From: a virus
DNA: 64,000 nt
Strand: one strand, 5' to 3'
Virus record (IMG/VR): IMGVR_UViG_3300045988_089740
The notes beneath the pieces were generated by a model that was given only the letters and a program-made list of their open reading frames with translations, did no database searches and was not told where the DNA came from. The number at the start of each line of letters is the position of its first letter. The stretch's first letter is position 1. This document shows, one piece after another, positions 50,805 to 60,205 of this stretch. The translations under genes and the position numbers were made by a program.

Positions 50805-53800
50805 ATGGCTGATAATACCATTGATACCCTTGATATACAAATAAATAGTAGTACCAGGAACGCTACAAAAGCATTGGGAAATCTGGCTAAAAAGTTAAAG
50901 GATGTTGACACAGCACTGGGAAACGTCAATACCGGCGGGCTTAGAAACTATGCTCGTGAAATCGGAAGAGTATCAGCGGCTTTACAGACATTAAGCAGGA
51001 CAAATGTTAGTGTGCCTAATTTGTCTGGATTAACCGGACAACTTCGTAGTTTATCGAAAGTTAATTTTTCGGAATTGGAAACAAGTGCAAAAAGCTTTCA
51101 AGAATTAGCTGTAGGATTGGGCTCTTTGAAAAATGTTTCTAGTGTTTCTATACCTAAAATAGATGCTAAAAACATCAATTCTGTGATTAATGTTATAAAT
51201 AAGTTTCAAACAATTGATACTGCAAAAATTCAACCATCCATAAATGCTATTAAAGAAATATCAAGAAGCATGTCGTTGCTGGGTAATTTGAATTTCAAAG
51301 AAAATGGTCTGATAAATGCGGCAAATGCATTAAGACGTTTATCACAATCAGACATTAAAAACTTTGATACAGACAAATTAATTTCCATATTCAGAAGTCT
51401 TCAGGCTTTTTCAACGCTTCCAGATATTTCATCAGGCATAAACAGATTGGTTTCATCTCTTGCAAAATTAGTGGCCGCAGGAGATAAATCGAATCAAGCG
51501 GCTAAAGGATTAGAATTACTTGGAATAAAATTAAACGGAGTCATAAGAAATATTTCATACGCAGGCGAAGTCTCTGATTCCATTAATTCGTTGATACAAG
51601 CCCTTGCAAAATTGGCATCAGCAGGAAATAAAACAGGCCAGACGGCATCGCAGTTAGCAAATCTTGCAGTAGAATTAAAGAAGTTTTTTGCAGCTATGAA
51701 AAACGCACCACAAATCAGTCAGAGCACTGTGCGCGTTATAGTTGCACTGGGACAGTTAGCGGCGGCTGGTGGTAAGGCTAGTGCATCAATGAATTCTGTA
51801 TCCAGATCCCTTGAAGGACTTTCTATGATAAGTTCTAGTTTATCAAGCGCCATGAGCTCACTTGCTAATATGGCAAAATCGGGATTTGGTACTTTAACAT
51901 CATCTATTTCAGGGCTGGTAAATAAGGGAAAAGAATTAAAAAGTACATCATTCAATATCAGCTCTTTGCTTAAAACCGTTCTTGGCTTCAAAGCGGCTTC
52001 GGCCGTGATGAGCAAATTCAGCGAAGCCATGGGTGGAAAAGGAATCCTTGAGATCGGTTCCGATATCGCTGAGGTCGAGAACGTTGTAGACGTTGCTTTT
52101 GGAAGCATGGCAGATCAGGCATACAAGTTTGCGTCCACGGCGACGAAACAGTTCGGACTGTCGGAACTGGCAGCAAAGAACTATTCCGGAACCATGATGG
52201 CAATGCTGAATGCTTCTGGTGTAGCACAGGAATCCGCTGCGAAGATGTCAACAACTCTTGCAGGATTAGCCGGAGATTTGGCATCTTTTTATAACATTGA
52301 TACTGATACCGCCTTCTACAAAATAAGGGCGGGCATTTCAGGTGAAATCGAGCCTTTAAAACAGCTCGGAATAAATCTTTCGATCGCAAATTTACAAGAG
52401 TATGCGTTGTCACAAGGAATTACGACAGCCTATAATTCCATGACGCAGGCTCAAAAAACGATGCTGCGCTATAACTACATCATGTCAGTTACAAGTGCGC
52501 AGCAGGGGGACTTCGCCAGGACCGCCGGATCTTGGGCCAATCAAGTACGTCTCCTTACTTTGAACATCCAGTCCCTTGCATCCGCCATAGGGCAGGGCTT
52601 AATCGCAGCGGTTCTTCCGGGAATCAAAGCTCTTAATGCCCTGATGTCCAAACTTATGCAGGCAGCAGAAACATTCAGAAACTTTATGTATGTTTTAATG
52701 GGTAAAAAAATCAAAGGATCTACCAGCGGAGTTGTGAATGATCTTGCCGGACTTGATAACGCAGCAACAGATCTTAGCAATATGGAAAATGCCGGAGATG
52801 ACGCAGCATCCGGACTTGATAACGCCACTTCATCAGCAAAAGCATTAAAGAAAGCCCTTTCAGTACTTCCTTTTGATGAATTAAATCAGCTTACTGATAA
52901 TTCGAGTAGTTCTGGATCAACGCCGAGTACCGGAACAAAGAAAACCAGTACCGGTGCAACACCTGACCTTGGGCTTGGTGGCATCACGGATCAGATTGAT
53001 GATGCGCTGAACAAAGAAGAAACCCCTATCAATAAATGGGCTGAAAAAATCCGCAAAGCTTTTCTTAACCATGACTGGAAAGGACTTGGAAAGACCATTG
53101 CAGATATGCTTAATATCGGAATCCGGAAGATTTATGATGTTATAAGTTGGAAAAATGTTGGCCCTAAAATCACGGCTTTCACAGACGCTTTTACAGAAAC
53201 ATTTAACAGTCTTGTTGATAATATTGACTGGAACCTGATGGGACGCACTTTGGGGGCTGGTCTTAACACCATCGTTAACACTATGAACCAGCTCCTTGAT
53301 GGAATTGATTGGTATAACTTAGGAGCCAAATTTGGAACCGGAATTACAGGACTTGTAAAAGAAGTAAATTGGACTAATCTTGGAAACCTTATTGGAAATT
53401 CATTTATGAAAGCCTGGGACATGTTCGCTGGCTTGGTAAATCATCTGCCCTATGCAGATATCGGAAAAGCATTTGCTGATTTATTAAATGGAGTTTTCGA
53501 AAAAATTAACTTCACAAACATAGCACACGTATTAGCTACTGGTTTAAACGGTGCGTTTGATTCTCTTAAATCATTTACTGTAAATTTCAAATGGGATGAT
53601 CTTGTCGATAACATTACTGGCGGCATCACCACATTCATGCAGCAATTTAAGTGGAAAGAAAACGGTCAGAAGCTTGAGGAATTTATAGATAACCTTTTGA
53701 CATCCCTTGTCGACATTGCGAACGGTGTAGATTGGGAAGCTTTTGGACATAATATAGGTGTTTTCCTTAGCGAAATAGACTGGTCGAAACACTTGTCACA

Positions 53801-55646
53801 AATCACAACAGTTATCAGCGAGGTTCTGGGCGGAATTTGGAATGGTCTTGGTACCACATCGGCAGGAACTTTTATTCAGGCTATAGCAACATTTGCCATT
53901 GGTATGAAATTAATGCCATTTGTCGATGGAATCGTAAAATTTTTCACAGGTGATACTGTAATTGGTTTGCTGTATTCAGCTGTTCGGAACATGTTAGGCC
54001 CAGCATTGGCTTCAGCAGCATCTACTACGATTCCAGCGTTTGGCTCATCACTCGCAGCTCTTGTAGGAACCGGTGGCGGAATAGCTATTGCTGCCGCAGG
54101 AGCAGTAATTCTTACCAAAAAACTTGTAGGGTTGTTTGAAACTATGCAAGGTGGAAATGGAATGTCTACTCAGTACGGCGGTTATCTGCATGACTATGCT
54201 GCAAAACTGAATGAATTAACCACAATCACAAATGATCAATCAGAAGCCCTGTGGAAAATGATTGAAAAAGATGAAGAGCTTGGTAAATCTCATGATGAAA
54301 TGTATTCTGATATGATTGAAAAGCTTAAAGAATACGGAGTTTCGACAGAACAAGCCAGAAGTGCTCTTGAACAATATGGTGCACAGGCTGGCGTTTCTGC
54401 TGAGTTTATCGATAGTATGACAGATAAGATTCAGGCATTAGGAAACGGCTTTTCTGAAAGTACGGGCCAGATTGATATGTCTTCTCTTAGTGCAAAAGAA
54501 GCTATTAGCACGCTTTCTGACACTTTGTACCTTTTAAGCTTAAAAGGTGATGAATTTAGTGGTACATATATCGGCGTAAGAGATCAGTTACAGAACACCG
54601 GAGGAAGCGTGCAAAGTGCAAACGAAGCGTTAAAAATAGTATACAATGCATTACAAAATGCAGGAGTACCTCTCGATGATTTGAATAAAAAATTATCGAA
54701 AGATTTTCCAAACGCTACCGGAGCTGTTACTACTGCGGTTAAAAATAATATTGTTGGTGCGCAACAAAAAATTTCCTCAACTATGATGACAGCAAGTGTT
54801 GATACAAAAAATGCAACAAATAAAATGGTAAGCACTACTACAAGCGATCTCGCTGAAATCCAGAAGCAAGCAGATGGCTATATGAAAGGTGTTGACACCA
54901 GCACGACAACTCACTGGGGAAATTCTTCCCGTGAAGTAACCAAAAATGTCCGTCAGATGAAGATTGATGCAAGTACAGAGCTTGGCAGAATGGACGAAAC
55001 CGTCCGCAGCCACTTTGGAAGCCAGTACAGGATTGCCTTAAGTAAATGGCAAGATCTTGGAAGAGATATTTCTTCCTACATCCGCGGAACTATGAACACA
55101 AGTATTGGAAGTGGAATTAATACTGTAGTTGATACGATTAAAAGAAATTTCAGTGATATGTACAGTGTTGGCCAGAATGCTATGCAGAATCTCCGAAACG
55201 GCATGGAGTCAATCAACATCAGAACTCCACATATTTCCATGGATTACACTGATTGGCAAGAGGGACGGACCCACAAGTGGCGGTACAATTCGAGAGTTGA
55301 CTGGTATGCCAAAGGCGGTCTTTTCAATGCAGCATCCGTGATCGGTGTCGGTGAAGCCGGAAAGGAAGCAGTCCTTCCGCTGACCAACAAACAGGCCATG
55401 AAGAGCATTGCTGACAGCATTACCGGAAACATGCCGGAAGGAAGCGTTGGACTGAGCAAGGAAGAAATGACACAGGCAGTGACACAGGGTGTTGCCATGG
55501 CAATGATGAACATGAACACCGGCGGAAGCACATCTCCGCAGTACATTTCCAACACGATCAATCTGGACGGCCGGGCGTTTGCGAAAGCTATCACAAAAGC
55601 CCAGCAGGACAACAACCGGCGTAAAAATCCGAGTCCGGCATGGTAG
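50805..55646 (+). CDS. Tape measure protein
   Basis: 1613 aa, Ala/Ser/Leu-rich helical repeats, with the expected position. Confidence 0.9.
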   Translation: MADNTIDTLDIQINSSTRNATKALGNLAKKLKDVDTALGNVNTGGLRNYAREIGRVSAALQTLSRTNVSVPNLSGLTGQLRSLSKVNFSELETSAKSFQELAVGLGSLKNVSSVSIPKIDAKNINSVINVINKFQTIDTAKIQPSINAIKEISRSMSLLGNLNFKENGLINAANALRRLSQSDIKNFDTDKLISIFRSLQAFSTLPDISSGINRLVSSLAKLVAAGDKSNQAAKGLELLGIKLNGVIRNISYAGEVSDSINSLIQALAKLASAGNKTGQTASQLANLAVELKKFFAAMKNAPQISQSTVRVIVALGQLAAAGGKASASMNSVSRSLEGLSMISSSLSSAMSSLANMAKSGFGTLTSSISGLVNKGKELKSTSFNISSLLKTVLGFKAASAVMSKFSEAMGGKGILEIGSDIAEVENVVDVAFGSMADQAYKFASTATKQFGLSELAAKNYSGTMMAMLNASGVAQESAAKMSTTLAGLAGDLASFYNIDTDTAFYKIRAGISGEIEPLKQLGINLSIANLQEYALSQGITTAYNSMTQAQKTMLRYNYIMSVTSAQQGDFARTAGSWANQVRLLTLNIQSLASAIGQGLIAAVLPGIKALNALMSKLMQAAETFRNFMYVLMGKKIKGSTSGVVNDLAGLDNAATDLSNMENAGDDAASGLDNATSSAKALKKALSVLPFDELNQLTDNSSSSGSTPSTGTKKTSTGATPDLGLGGITDQIDDALNKEETPINKWAEKIRKAFLNHDWKGLGKTIADMLNIGIRKIYDVISWKNVGPKITAFTDAFTETFNSLVDNIDWNLMGRTLGAGLNTIVNTMNQLLDGIDWYNLGAKFGTGITGLVKEVNWTNLGNLIGNSFMKAWDMFAGLVNHLPYADIGKAFADLLNGVFEKINFTNIAHVLATGLNGAFDSLKSFTVNFKWDDLVDNITGGITTFMQQFKWKENGQKLEEFIDNLLTSLVDIANGVDWEAFGHNIGVFLSEIDWSKHLSQITTVISEVLGGIWNGLGTTSAGTFIQAIATFAIGMKLMPFVDGIVKFFTGDTVIGLLYSAVRNMLGPALASAASTTIPAFGSSLAALVGTGGGIAIAAAGAVILTKKLVGLFETMQGGNGMSTQYGGYLHDYAAKLNELTTITNDQSEALWKMIEKDEELGKSHDEMYSDMIEKLKEYGVSTEQARSALEQYGAQAGVSAEFIDSMTDKIQALGNGFSESTGQIDMSSLSAKEAISTLSDTLYLLSLKGDEFSGTYIGVRDQLQNTGGSVQSANEALKIVYNALQNAGVPLDDLNKKLSKDFPNATGAVTTAVKNNIVGAQQKISSTMMTASVDTKNATNKMVSTTTSDLAEIQKQADGYMKGVDTSTTTHWGNSSREVTKNVRQMKIDASTELGRMDETVRSHFGSQYRIALSKWQDLGRDISSYIRGTMNTSIGSGINTVVDTIKRNFSDMYSVGQNAMQNLRNGMESINIRTPHISMDYTDWQEGRTHKWRYNSRVDWYAKGGLFNAASVIGVGEAGKEAVLPLTNKQAMKSIADSITGNMPEGSVGLSKEEMTQAVTQGVAMAMMNMNTGGSTSPQYISNTINLDGRAFAKAITKAQQDNNRRKNPSPAW

Positions 55647-55653
55647 AAAATCA

Positions 55654-55822
55654 TTGCTATTCCTGCTAGATTGCGGTATAATGAATGAGTAACAAGTAGC
55701 ACCTATATCTTGTTATATTGTGCGAAAAACAAAATATTGAGCAGACTTTTAAGATGATATTTACTTGGGTTGAAACAATGACCCGTTTCCCGTGATACCG
55801 TCTTGGAGTCTGCTCTTTTTTT
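55654..55822 (+). promoter_or_regulatory. promoter plus long leader hairpin with T-run at the start of the post-TMP island
   Basis: TTGCTA (55654) -17 nt- TATAAT (55677). gagcagact (55739-55747) pairs with agtctgctc (55807-55815), with inner aagatg/cgtctt and gggt/accc pairs, then T7. Confidence 0.45.
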
Positions 55823-55846
55823 GTTTTATAGAAGGGAATGAAGCAA

Positions 55847-56056
55847 ATGAAGCCATATGGATTAGTTGACAGAAATATTATACTCAACAATAGTCTATCG
55901 TTGGAAGCAAAAGGAATATACGGCATATTGATGAGCCTTGATGGAACAGACTTTGAACTGGATGAAATCTGCGAATATGTTTCAGAGAGCAAATCAGTTG
56001 TCGAAAAAGCTTTAAACGAATTGGTAAATCATGGATTTATTTCATTCGAAAAATAA
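55847..56056 (+). CDS. winged-HTH-like small protein
   Basis: LSLEAKGIYGILMSLDG...SESKSVVEKALNELVNHGFISFEK. The ORF opens at 55838. Confidence 0.45.
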   Translation: MKPYGLVDRNIILNNSLSLEAKGIYGILMSLDGTDFELDEICEYVSESKSVVEKALNELVNHGFISFEK

Positions 56057-56171
56057 TACGGTAAAACCAACAGGCTTACCCGACGGGGGACAAGCGGAAA
56101 TGCCTTGCCGCCTGCCTGTTGATTTACATACATTTCAAGGCATCTTATATACGAAAGGCAGGTATTTTTCT

Positions 56172-56537
56172 ATGGCAAAATCTTTTAATTACCGTAAATA
56201 TTACAAAGACTATTATGGGATTGATTTCGACAGTAGCTATGTAATCCACCATATTGACTTTGACAGAAGCAACAATGATATTAATAATTTAATTTTATTA
56301 CCTTCGAAGTTACATAGCCGATATCACTTTTTGTTAACTGGATTTAATCCTGATAAAAACAATAAAGGAATTGCAAGTCTTGATTTTAAAATCGTCTCAG
56401 AATGCGGGAGCATCCCTATGTTTGGAATAAACATGATGAAAAATTTGTGTGAAACAATGGTAGAAATTGATAAATGGGTAAGAATAAAATCCGACATGGA
56501 TAAAGAAAAATACAATAAAGAAAAGTACGGTATTTAA
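56172..56537 (+). CDS. HNH endonuclease
   Basis: VIHHIDFDRSNNDINNLILLPSKLHSRYH. The ORF opens at 56031. Confidence 0.6.
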   Translation: MAKSFNYRKYYKDYYGIDFDSSYVIHHIDFDRSNNDINNLILLPSKLHSRYHFLLTGFNPDKNNKGIASLDFKIVSECGSIPMFGINMMKNLCETMVEIDKWVRIKSDMDKEKYNKEKYGI

Positions 56538-56670
56538 TATTTAGTTAAATTCAGTAGGCTAGGTTGGCCGCCGAAAAGTGTAAACCTTGATGCACCTGCC
56601 TACTGTTTTTATAAATCAAGGATTCTGGCATATTATGGAGATGCCAACGACCAACAAGGAGGTTATCATT

Positions 56671-57648
56671 ATGAACAAAGAGTTTAATTATCCAAGAGAT
56701 TTTAAAGGAGTATGGATCCCGAAACAGGTTTTTCTTGATGAAAGATTAAATGCGATTGAAAAATTGATTCTGGCAGAAGTCGACAGTCTTGATGTAGAAG
56801 GAAGCGAAGGATGCTTTGCGAGCAATGAATATTTAGCAAATTTCTGTCAATGCAGTGTAACAAAAGTTTCTACTTCTGTTTCCAAGTTAATAAAGCTTGG
56901 ATATCTTTATGTGCTTAAAAATGACGGAAGAAAAAGGTACTTAAAGAGTAGGCTTTCAAATTTTGAAAGCCAGGAATTTAAAAACAGTAATTCAGACACG
57001 CCAAATATGAAACATAGTAATAATAGTTATGAATACAGTGTAGATGATATAGATAAAGACTTTATTTTATCAAATAAAGAGAAAAAGACTTTACCAAAGA
57101 ATGGTAAAGGTTCAAAGACTTCTGCTCCTAATAATATTAATATACTAGATATAAATAATATACCCTCACGGACAACTGAGCAGAAGGAAGTGTACCGCAA
57201 GCAAAAACAGAAAAATCGTTCTGAGAAATACCGGGACGAAGATGTACCACAGATTCTGTATAATGAGTTTGATTCACTGTATGGTGAACAGGAGAATATT
57301 CTGGAAGATCATGACATCTGTCTGACCATGGCAGTTATCGCTTATTACTTCAAGCAGTACCGGGAGCACATGGGCGAACAGCATATAATGATTTCAACCA
57401 AATACGCAAATCAGTTCATGGGAGTTATCATTGGCGATGATTCGCCACTTCTGAAAGCGGACGTGGAAGAAAAAGATGAACTCCGGTTCTATCAGGACAT
57501 GATAGACGAGTTTTTTAAATCAGACCTTGGTCAGCGAAATGGAAAAGACTTCGATCGTCATATCTGGCTGTTCTTCACTGAAGAGAATCAGAGAATCTTG
57601 TGTGAACGGGTAAAGCAGAAATGGGATAACCAAGAATACATTGACTAA
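56671..57648 (+). CDS. replisome-organizer/DnaD-like N-domain protein
   Basis: GVWIPKQVFLDERLNAIEKLILAEVDSL...NEYLANFCQCSVTKVSTSVSKLIKLGYL. ATG follows CAAGGAGG. Confidence 0.5.
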   Translation: MNKEFNYPRDFKGVWIPKQVFLDERLNAIEKLILAEVDSLDVEGSEGCFASNEYLANFCQCSVTKVSTSVSKLIKLGYLYVLKNDGRKRYLKSRLSNFESQEFKNSNSDTPNMKHSNNSYEYSVDDIDKDFILSNKEKKTLPKNGKGSKTSAPNNINILDINNIPSRTTEQKEVYRKQKQKNRSEKYRDEDVPQILYNEFDSLYGEQENILEDHDICLTMAVIAYYFKQYREHMGEQHIMISTKYANQFMGVIIGDDSPLLKADVEEKDELRFYQDMIDEFFKSDLGQRNGKDFDRHIWLFFTEENQRILCERVKQKWDNQEYID

Positions 57649-57759
57649 ATCAATCCAAAATCCGTTTGAAATACCGTAGGTGATAATTTCCTCACGCAAA
57701 CGATTCAAATTGATTCTGGCTTAAAATAATACAGTAATTAATTAGAAAGTGAGAAAGAA

Positions 57760-58614
57760 ATGAGTAGACTTGGAAAAGAAATGCCGGCAGAATATTCTGA
57801 TCAGTTTGATGAACTGAGACAAAACCGGTGCGAAACAAGCTTTTACAAATACGGCACTGCAAAAGATAATTTCGGCGAGAAATTGGTAAATGCCATAGAA
57901 TCTCATGATATGTGCATCAAAAAATATCTTAAAACCGGCAACACGGAGTATCTTTGCGATGCTGCAAATTATCTGATGTTCGAATTTATGTACCCACAAA
58001 AAGACGGTGCTTATTTCAAGGCTACTGATAGTGGTGAAAGTGCCGGATGCGCTCTGATGGACGATGCAGTTAATGACATCAAAGGCGATCTGGTTGGAAA
58101 TGGATATACAATCCGCACCTATAATAACTACGGTCAAAAGGTCATGACCACGGTCGGCGACAAGATCAATGTTCAAGGGAATCCGATTGAGACAACTTCT
58201 TACAACAGTGATGGAACTGTGATCAGCGGATATGAGCTGTCATCCGTGATCACGATCAATATTGATGGCAATGAAATCCAGAGCTGCGGCGACACCTGCA
58301 TATTTGAGCAAGATGGTCTGGAACCGGACGTGGATTTTGAGCAGACTGATATTTACAGTCAATCTACAGGAAAGCTTTCTGACAATACTTACGTTGCCGG
58401 GATCGTAAATCAGTACAAGAATTATTTTGGAAAATCCAGAGTTGTTGTGATTAAATCTCAGCTGGGGCAGCCTATTACAGCATATTCTGGTGACGAAGTA
58501 TACTGGAAGATTCCGAAGAAGTTGCCGAAAATGACAAAACTCATGATTGACGGGAAAGCCCTTTACATCCACCGGGCGAACTTTCAGATCATTGACACAG
58601 CCTTGCTCAAATAA
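57760..58614 (+). CDS. hypothetical protein
   Basis: 284-aa ORF. The N-terminal ~95 aa faintly resemble phage dNTP-pyrophosphohydrolase N-domains (weak, from memory). Confidence 0.55.
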   Translation: MSRLGKEMPAEYSDQFDELRQNRCETSFYKYGTAKDNFGEKLVNAIESHDMCIKKYLKTGNTEYLCDAANYLMFEFMYPQKDGAYFKATDSGESAGCALMDDAVNDIKGDLVGNGYTIRTYNNYGQKVMTTVGDKINVQGNPIETTSYNSDGTVISGYELSSVITINIDGNEIQSCGDTCIFEQDGLEPDVDFEQTDIYSQSTGKLSDNTYVAGIVNQYKNYFGKSRVVVIKSQLGQPITAYSGDEVYWKIPKKLPKMTKLMIDGKALYIHRANFQIIDTALLK

Positions 58615-58777
58615 AACGGCTTAAATACGGGCACGATTTTTTTAAACGATAAAACTCCACAGAAACACAAAAAATGGATTCTGCATGATTTTGCCTAATC
58701 AATTACTGCGATTCTCATTGTAGTTTCTCTTTATCAGATGTATAATTGGATTATCAATTAAAGGGAGGAAAAAGAAA

Positions 58778-59665
58778 ATGAAAAAGTGGAAAAAGTTTAC
58801 AGTGATTTTGCTGGCAATGATTATGGCACTTGCCATGGCGGTTCCGGCATCGGCGGCAACAGTTAAAATTAACAAAACAAAGGTGACGATTTGCACAGGA
58901 CAGACATTGCAGCTGAAGATGGTCGGAACGAAAGCGAAGCCAAAATGGTCTAGTAATTCAAGAAATGCAGTTGTGAACAGTACTGGGAAAGTTACCGCAA
59001 AGGCCCGGGGAAAAGCCACGATTACTGCTAAAATCGGGAAAAAGAGTTATAGATGCATGATAATAATAGAATCACCCAAAATTAGCAGCACAAGTGTTTC
59101 ACTGTACAAAGGAAAAACGGCGCAGCTTAAAATGCTGAATACGAAACAGAAATACAGATGGACATCTTCAAACGCCAAAGTTGCGACAGTTTCGTCAACC
59201 GGTAAGATTAGAGGAAAAAGTGCCGGGACTGCTTATGTTTCCGCCAGAAGTGCGTCTGGTAAAACATTTAAGTGCAAAGTCACGGTCAAGAACACACCTA
59301 GCAAACTTAAAATGCTTTTACCAAACCAAAAAGAGTGTGGAGATGCAGATTTCTTTATTGAATATAATTCTCAAAGAAGTACAAATGGTAAAACCGTACT
59401 TATGCAGTTATATAAACAATTCCCGATGGGGTATATTAACTTTTCGGCCAGTAATGTCGATCGTGGCTTAACGACATATATCTATATTGATGGAAAACTT
59501 TGGGATCAGAACAGAGGTACTTCTGTTAGCGGCGGGGGATCATTGGATGACATTTATATAAAACCTGGAACACATGTTGTTGAAATGGTGCAATTTGCGA
59601 ATAATAATCGTTATGGAAAAGTGAAGTCGTATCGTAGAGCGATGTACAAAGTGATTTACAAATAA
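58778..59665 (+). CDS. secreted Big_2 (bacterial Ig-like) domain protein
   Basis: Signal peptide MKKWKKFTVILLAMIMALAMAVPASA. Two repeats of the pattern W.SSN..VA.V...GK..AK..G.A. Confidence 0.7.
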   Translation: MKKWKKFTVILLAMIMALAMAVPASAATVKINKTKVTICTGQTLQLKMVGTKAKPKWSSNSRNAVVNSTGKVTAKARGKATITAKIGKKSYRCMIIIESPKISSTSVSLYKGKTAQLKMLNTKQKYRWTSSNAKVATVSSTGKIRGKSAGTAYVSARSASGKTFKCKVTVKNTPSKLKMLLPNQKECGDADFFIEYNSQRSTNGKTVLMQLYKQFPMGYINFSASNVDRGLTTYIYIDGKLWDQNRGTSVSGGGSLDDIYIKPGTHVVEMVQFANNNRYGKVKSYRRAMYKVIYK

Positions 59666-59725
59666 AGCTATGGACCGGGGAGAAATCTCCGGTTCTTTCT
59701 TTTTTGCTTGAATGCCATATGTAAA

Positions 59726-59800
59726 AATATGGAATCATATTATATTAAAAACGTATAATGAATAATCATAAAGCGTCTATCTTTTGATAGGCGCTTTTTT
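59726..59800 (+). promoter_or_regulatory. conserved composite element, copy 3
   Basis: AATATGGAATCATAT (59726-59740); GGAATC -17 nt- TATAAT (59754-59759); hairpin agcgtctat/ataggcgct (59772-59795) then T6. Confidence 0.6.
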
Positions 59801-59828
59801 CATGTACAAAAATGAGGTGATTATTCAT

Positions 59829-60194
59829 ATGGCAGACGTTTTTATAAAAATCAATGGTGCAGCGATGCCTTGCCCATCTTCTTTTACCTGGGGGCTGCAA
59901 GATATTTCAGCATCAGAATCTGGACGTACTGATGATACGATCATGCATAAAAACCGCGTTGGCCAGAAACGGAAACTGGCTGTTGGATGGAATGCACCGG
60001 ATTGGGATACTGCTTGCAAGATCGTACAGGCTGTAAACCCAGAGTATTTTTCCGTTGAATATCCTGATCTTTTATCTGGAAATAAACATGAAGTAAGAAC
60101 TTTTTATGTCGGTGACCGGTCTGCCCCGTTCAAATATTGGTGGGTAGGAAATCAGCGGATGGAAGGTTTGCAGTTTGATTTGATTGAAAAGTAG
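59829..60194 (+). CDS. distal-tail (Dit)-position small tail protein
   Basis: 121 aa between the TMP region and the tail fibre. ATG follows GAGGTGA. The ORF opens at 59784. Confidence 0.4.
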   Translation: MADVFIKINGAAMPCPSSFTWGLQDISASESGRTDDTIMHKNRVGQKRKLAVGWNAPDWDTACKIVQAVNPEYFSVEYPDLLSGNKHEVRTFYVGDRSAPFKYWWVGNQRMEGLQFDLIEK

Positions 60195-60205
60195 GAGGTG
60201 AGAAT

